The position numbers were made by a program, and so were the translations under genes. From assembly GCA_024720975.1 (NCBI GenBank), contig JANJXX010000001.1, positions 159,408-223,407 on the forward strand: a stretch of DNA of 64,000 nucleotides, given 5' to 3'. Below, one piece after another: positions 58,933 to 64,000 of the stretch (its first letter is position 1; the number at the start of each line of letters is the position of its first letter). A model generated the notes under the pieces. It was given only the letters and a program-made list of their open reading frames with translations. It had not been told where the DNA came from and searched no databases. This DNA comes from Thermoproteota archaeon (GTDB lineage Archaea > Asgardarchaeota > Njordarchaeia > Njordarchaeales > Panguiarchaeaceae).

Positions 58933-60747
58933 TTATTTGACAGTAACACTCTTAGCCAAATTTCTAGGCTTATCCGGATCTAGACCTTTGCAAACTGCGG
59001 TGTGATACGCTAAAAGTTGTAGCGGAACCACATAAAGCATAGGAGCAACTTCTGGATCTAACCTTGGAATTTCTATCGTCAAGTCGGATAACTCTTGCGC
59101 TTCGGTATCGCCAGCCGGTATTAAGGATATGATCTTACCACCACGACATTTCATTTCTTGAATATTTGCAATTACAGCACTATGATTTTTATCCTCAAGT
59201 ACGATCACAACTACAGGAAATCCCTCCTCGACCAATGCTATGGGGCCATGTTTTGATTCGCCTGCGGGATACGATTCACTGTGAATGTACGCTATTTCCT
59301 TCAGTTTAAGCGCTCCTTCTAATGCTATGGGTTGGCCTAAACCTCGCCCGAGGTAGAATGCGTTTGTCTTTACCTTTATCCAGTTGGCTATAAAGAGGGC
59401 TCTGTTATTGAAATACTCCATATTCTCCGAGAGTACTCTTGGAACAGTTTGGAGTGATTGTATTTGTCTTTCGTAGTCTATACCTTGCAATTCAAGTACT
59501 TTCTTTAGAATTACGATAAAGCTAGCTATTTGCGTAGTGAAAGTCTTTGTTGCTGCGACGCCTATCTCTGGGCCCGCACCCATTACAATGGACTTGTCGC
59601 TAATCATCCTCAATGTACTTCCCATGTTATTAACTAGGCTAATAATCCTAGCTCCTTTACTTTTAGCAATCTTAACCGCTTGAATCGTGTCAAAAGTTTC
59701 ACCCGATTGCGAAACAGCAAGGATCACGTCATTCGGCTCTATCGCGCCTCCGACAAGATCTTCGAATTCTGAAGCAATAACTGCCATCGATTTTAGACCC
59801 CATTTTGCATACAAGTATTGAGCATATAGTGATGAATAATACGAAGAGCCTGCTCCGACAATATATAAAAAGTTTGCATTGAGGAGATCCGCTGCTACTT
59901 CACTAGCTTTATGCGACACTGATATTATTGTCCTCTGTATAGCATCTGGTTGCTCATAAATTTCTTTTAGCATAAAGAAGGGGAAGTTTCCCTTCCGGGC
60001 TTGATCAATATTCCATGGAACTTCAAAGAGTTCCGGGGGTTTCAGATTAGGATCCATGTAATTTTCGATATGTAATTCACTTCGAGACACGAAGCCTATG
60101 TCACCATCTCTCAGGACCAAAGCCTTTTTAGTCCACTCTAGAAATGCCGGTATGTCGCTAGCTACATAAAATTCATTATCACCAATACCAATGATTAGTG
60201 GTTGTCCATTCCTTGCAAAGAAAATTTTTTCGCTGTCATAGCTCGTCAAAATCGCGACTGCGTAGGTTCCCTTAAGCCTTTTTAAAGCTTTCTTCAACGC
60301 ATCTAGAATATTCCGCGATTCTCGATAGTAATGCTCTAGTAAATGCGGAATAACCTCAGTGTCTGTTTCGGATCTAAAAACATGTCCTTTGAGTTCTAGT
60401 TCCTCGCGGAGCTCTAGGTAATTATCAATTATGCCGTTGTGGACTACTGCAATAGTTCCGTGACAATCTACATGGGGATGCGCATTTATATCATTAACAA
60501 CACCATGCGTTGCCCAGCGTGTGTGAGCTATTCCGATCTCAGAGTTCTTTTCTTGAATTCGCGAATTCGCTAGAAAGTTATCTATGGTGCCCTTCGCTTT
60601 CATAACGGTTATAGACTTGCTATTGCAATCGAAAAATGCAAAGCCACAAGAATCATAGCCGCGGTATTCTAAGTTTTTGAGCATCTTGATGAGCTTAGGA
60701 ATGATGTTAAAGTAATTCTTAGAGACGATCCCAGCAATGCCGCACAT
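58933..60747 (-). CDS. glmS: Glutamine--fructose-6-phosphate aminotransferase (isomerizing)
   Basis: MCGIAG, LEYRGYDS, HTRWATHG, HNGII, SETDTE, SQSGET, LEGALKLKE, PRNLAKSVT. Confidence 0.96.
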   Translation of the reverse strand: MCGIAGIVSKNYFNIIPKLIKMLKNLEYRGYDSCGFAFFDCNSKSITVMKAKGTIDNFLANSRIQEKNSEIGIAHTRWATHGVVNDINAHPHVDCHGTIAVVHNGIIDNYLELREELELKGHVFRSETDTEVIPHLLEHYYRESRNILDALKKALKRLKGTYAVAILTSYDSEKIFFARNGQPLIIGIGDNEFYVASDIPAFLEWTKKALVLRDGDIGFVSRSELHIENYMDPNLKPPELFEVPWNIDQARKGNFPFFMLKEIYEQPDAIQRTIISVSHKASEVAADLLNANFLYIVGAGSSYYSSLYAQYLYAKWGLKSMAVIASEFEDLVGGAIEPNDVILAVSQSGETFDTIQAVKIAKSKGARIISLVNNMGSTLRMISDKSIVMGAGPEIGVAATKTFTTQIASFIVILKKVLELQGIDYERQIQSLQTVPRVLSENMEYFNNRALFIANWIKVKTNAFYLGRGLGQPIALEGALKLKEIAYIHSESYPAGESKHGPIALVEEGFPVVVIVLEDKNHSAVIANIQEMKCRGGKIISLIPAGDTEAQELSDLTIEIPRLDPEVAPMLYVVPLQLLAYHTAVCKGLDPDKPRNLAKSVTVK

Positions 60748-60893
60748 TTACTTCGCCCCGTCCACATATAATTAGGAGAAAATTGTTGAAAATTCAAATA
60801 TTCTTATGAATATCGTGCAACTGAGTGCTCTACCTCCACATTTAAAATAATCAAAATGCAATGATAAGACGAATATGAAGCTAGGTGAATGAT

Positions 60894-61160
60894 TTGCAGG
60901 TGCGCTCAAAACTTATCCTAAAGCTGATTTCAGAGGAGAAATTAAAACCAGTTGAGGAAAGCTCAAGATCATCCATAAAGGATTTGCCACTCAAACCCAT
61001 TAGATGTACCAGTTGCAACAAATTCATAGACTATACAGAGGAGGGTAACGTCATCTTCTTATGTCCAGTATGTAGGGAATCCATTATAGTACGCTGCAAG
61101 AAATGCCGTAGGATAGGAAGGAGGGTTAAATGTCCAACTTGTGGTACTGAATATCCATGA
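60894..61160 (+). CDS. Zn-finger protein, DUF1610/COG2888 (HVO_2753-like)
   Basis: CTSC, FLCPVC, RCKKCR, CPTCG..P: four CxxC pairs. TTG start 6 nt after GGTG. Confidence 0.8.
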   Translation: MQVRSKLILKLISEEKLKPVEESSRSSIKDLPLKPIRCTSCNKFIDYTEEGNVIFLCPVCRESIIVRCKKCRRIGRRVKCPTCGTEYP

Positions 61161-61183
61161 CTACAAGTCAATAGTGGCAAAAA

Positions 61184-62170
61184 ATGACTAAGCTAACCTC
61201 AAAACTGAAGGTAGTAGAAGATCTAAAGTTAGACGAAAATATAACAGTAGCTGAACTTGTTGATAGGTTCTACCTCGAATCCGGTTTTACTGCACGTAAG
61301 TTAGCAATGGCAGCCAAAATTTTGGAGAAAATGCTTAGAGACGATAAATGCATCAACATGCTCTCTTTCCCAGCGGCAATTATAGCAACTGGCATACGCG
61401 GAATTTTCGTTGAACTTATTAAACGTGGATACTTTGACATTGTTATTACCACATGCGGAACGATAGATCATGATCTAGCTAGAAGCTTTAAGGAGTACTA
61501 TCATGGATGGTTTGAGGCTGATGATAAGTTTCTCCATAGGAGCAATATTCACCGTATTGGAAACATATTCGTCCCCGCTGAAAGCTATGGATTGATTATA
61601 GAAGAGAAAACAAAAGCCCTTCTCGAGTATCTGTGGAATGAGGGAATAAGGTCTATATCTACGAGGGAACTTCTATGGAAACTAGCTGAGGTCATTATCG
61701 ATAAAAGCCCAAAGAAGGAAAACAGCATTCTGTGGTGGTGCTGGAGGAAAAAAATTCCGATTTATGTTCCGGGCATCGTAGATGGAGCATTTGGTTTTCA
61801 ATTGTTTATGTTTTATCAGGATCACAAATTCAACATCGACTTATTGAAGGACGAGAAAGAGCTCGCTGATATTGTCTGGTCATCAAAAAAGATTGGAGGA
61901 TTAATCATTGGGGGAGGCATTTCAAAGCACCATCTTATATGGTGGGCTCAGTTTGCAGGTGGATTACGCTATGCGATATATCTAACAACTGCCCCTGAGT
62001 ATGACGGCTCTCTTAGCGGGGCTAGACCAAAGGAGGCCATATCCTGGGGTAAAATTGCTGAGGAAGCAAAGCATATAGTTGTCGAAGGCGATGCCTCTAT
62101 TTTACTTCCGCTAATAGCCGCTTATGCTATCAATCGTATTCCAGAAAGAAAAAATAAGACTTTTTTCTAA
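61184..62170 (+). CDS. dys: Deoxyhypusine synthase
   Basis: GFTA, TTCG.IDHD, IHRIGN, GGGISKHH, DGSLSGARPKEAISWGK. Confidence 0.95.
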   Translation: MTKLTSKLKVVEDLKLDENITVAELVDRFYLESGFTARKLAMAAKILEKMLRDDKCINMLSFPAAIIATGIRGIFVELIKRGYFDIVITTCGTIDHDLARSFKEYYHGWFEADDKFLHRSNIHRIGNIFVPAESYGLIIEEKTKALLEYLWNEGIRSISTRELLWKLAEVIIDKSPKKENSILWWCWRKKIPIYVPGIVDGAFGFQLFMFYQDHKFNIDLLKDEKELADIVWSSKKIGGLIIGGGISKHHLIWWAQFAGGLRYAIYLTTAPEYDGSLSGARPKEAISWGKIAEEAKHIVVEGDASILLPLIAAYAINRIPERKNKTFF

Positions 62171-62218
62171 CATTCAAAGATTAATGCTAAAGAAATTCGA
62201 TTTGACTGGCGGATTCCT

Positions 62219-63310
62219 ATGAAGCACCAATTAAAATTGTTTACAGCGGGACCCGTAGCTTGTTTTCCTGAAGTTTTGCAAGTAATGTCTAGCCAAATGT
62301 TTAGTCATAGAAGCCCAGAATACCAAGAACTTCACTCAGAAACCGTTGAGCTACTCAAAGAATTCCTAGAAACAAAACAAACCGTGCTTCTTGTTCCAAG
62401 CTCAGGCACGGGGCTCATGGAAGCATCAATTCGCAATGCGGTATCACCGAACGGTAAGGTCCTAGTGACAGTTATCGGGGAATTTGGAGAGCGATACGCC
62501 AAAGTTGTAGAATCAAACGGAAGGACAGCTATAAGGCTTAAGTTCGATCTTGGGGACCCTGTTAACGAGGAGAAACTAAAGGAAGCGCTTGATAAATATC
62601 AGGATGTAGAAGCCGTCACAATAACTCATAATGAAACCTCAACCGGCGTTTTAAATGACCTACCTAGACTTGCTCAAATAGTGCATAAATACGGCAAGCT
62701 ATGCTTTGTTGACGCTGTGAGTTCCTGCGGCGGTACGGAGATAAAATTCGACGAGTGGAAAATTGATTTCCTATTTACAAGCTCCCAGAAAGCGCTAGGG
62801 ATTCCACCCGGACTAGCATTCTGCGCTGTGAGTGATAAAGTACTAGAAGTCGCCGAAAAAATACCCAATCGAGGATACTATTTCGATCTGCTACTCTACG
62901 TTAAGGAGCAAAAAGAAAGAAAGAGCACTCCAACAACTCCACCTATTCCCCAAATCATGGGCTTAAACGTTATGTTGAAGAAGATAAAGAGTATGGGCAA
63001 AGAGAATTGGTTTCACATTTATAAAAGAAGGGCAGAAAAAATCAGAAAGGGTGTCTTAGATATGGGCCTTAGACTTCTGGCAAAACCGGGATACGAGAGT
63101 CCAACAATAACTTGCGTTCTAACACCAGAAGGCGTTGGCCCCAAAATTTATGAGAAGATGCGAGATCGTGGATTTGAGCTAGCTGCTGGTTATGGTGAAT
63201 TGAAGAATCGCAGTTTCAGAATAGGACATATGGGATACATACTAGACGAAGACATTGATGCTATGTTAAATACTCTTGAGAGCGTCCTAAGAGAATTGAA
63301 TGTTATATAA
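62219..63310 (+). CDS. Class V PLP aminotransferase (alanine--glyoxylate/serine--pyruvate type)
   Basis: FTAGP, SHRS, SSGTGLME, HNETSTG, VDAVSS, SSQKALGIPPG, FRIGHMG. Confidence 0.92.
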   Translation: MKHQLKLFTAGPVACFPEVLQVMSSQMFSHRSPEYQELHSETVELLKEFLETKQTVLLVPSSGTGLMEASIRNAVSPNGKVLVTVIGEFGERYAKVVESNGRTAIRLKFDLGDPVNEEKLKEALDKYQDVEAVTITHNETSTGVLNDLPRLAQIVHKYGKLCFVDAVSSCGGTEIKFDEWKIDFLFTSSQKALGIPPGLAFCAVSDKVLEVAEKIPNRGYYFDLLLYVKEQKERKSTPTTPPIPQIMGLNVMLKKIKSMGKENWFHIYKRRAEKIRKGVLDMGLRLLAKPGYESPTITCVLTPEGVGPKIYEKMRDRGFELAAGYGELKNRSFRIGHMGYILDEDIDAMLNTLESVLRELNVI

Positions 63311-63452
63311 ACACTCTCTACTTGCTCTGAATAGCGACTCCTACTTTTTCTTAATTTCGCTGATCCGAGGAAGTAAAGTACATATCCCTTAAATAGAATA
63401 CACAATCAAGAAAATCCGCTAAAACTTTCTATTAGTATGTCTAGTGATTGTT

Positions 63453-64000
63453 ATGGAGCCGATTATTATTGATGGAAGCTATGGAGAAGGAGGCGGTCAG
63501 ATTTTTAGGAGCTCCCTCGCCTACGCTTCTGTTGTACTTAAGCCGGTGAGAATAATAAACATTCGCGCTAAGAGGGATAACCCCGGCCTTCGACCCCAAC
63601 ATCTGACTGTACTCAAGGCTTTAGCTGAAATAACGGATGCTAAAGTGCATGGTGCACAGATAGGGAGCATGAATGTAACATTTGAACCAAGACAAATTAA
63701 AGGTGGTAATCACAGATTCGATGTTGGAACGGCTGGCTCCATCTCGCTCGTACTTCAGGGGATATTACCCGTACTCTTATTTGCTGATAAGGAGTCACAA
63801 GTAGAAATACGTGGGGGTACCGACGTTCCTCTAGCCCCACCAATTGACGCCATTAGATTCGTTCTAAATCAAGGACTTAAATTAATGGGAGCTAACATTG
63901 AGATTGAACTCATTAGACGTGGACACTATCCCCGCGGAGGGGGCCTAGTCCGCGTTTATGTTGATCCAATAGACCACCTAAAACCTATAGTTCTCACAGA
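63453..64000 (+). CDS. rtcA: RNA 3'-terminal phosphate cyclase (partial, runs off window end)
   Basis: Hand translation gives MEPIIIDGSYGEGGGQIFR..NIRAKRDNPGLRPQHL..GTAGSISLVLQ..GGTDV..RGHYPRGGG. Confidence 0.93.
   Translation, partial: MEPIIIDGSYGEGGGQIFRSSLAYASVVLKPVRIINIRAKRDNPGLRPQHLTVLKALAEITDAKVHGAQIGSMNVTFEPRQIKGGNHRFDVGTAGSISLVLQGILPVLLFADKESQVEIRGGTDVPLAPPIDAIRFVLNQGLKLMGANIEIELIRRGHYPRGGGLVRVYVDPIDHLKPIVLT

Noticed and set aside
78-63405. Many 60-200 aa ORFs antisense to or nested in long genes (e.g. 5276-5683, 15832-16431, 31877-32431, 36815-37345)
   Set aside because: They are shadow ORFs: Ser/Ile-rich, motif-free and overlapping well-supported genes.

Overview
A gene-dense, AT-rich archaeal chromosome segment with about 48 CDS. 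I found no rRNA, tRNA or CRISPR array. Archaeal markers include nucS, archaeal IleRS, deoxyhypusine synthase, short XPF, XPB-like helicase, AMP phosphorylase, iorA/iorB and rtcA. A longin-like plus winged-helix protein resembles a family I associate with Asgard genomes. With the thermophile-like protein composition, this suggests a thermophilic Asgard- or Korarchaeota-related lineage such as Njordarchaeia (inference). Contents in order: hypC-hypE-hypF without hypD; ileS; a ~26 kb minus-strand peptide-utilisation region with oppD/C/A/B/F dispersed among membrane-anchored surface proteins; DNA-repair and nucleotide-salvage genes; an internally deleted IS607-family element; sugar-nucleotide genes; split iorB...iorA; tandem glmS paralogues; and a Zn-finger/dys/aminotransferase/rtcA run. 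Best leads: (1) a divergent pair encoding an NPRL2-like longin-wHTH protein and an ITFG2/BBS2-like cytoplasmic FG-GAP propeller, a possible proto-GATOR1/KICSTOR-type module; (2) a membrane-anchored subtilase with the domain order of eukaryotic site-1 protease; (3) ATA/CTG start codons at canonical spacing from the GGTG ribosome-binding site; (4) a tnpA-tnpB deletion derivative that keeps a structured omegaRNA-like right end; (5) a glutaminase-dead GlmS paralogue. All family assignments come from motif recognition by eye, not database searches.
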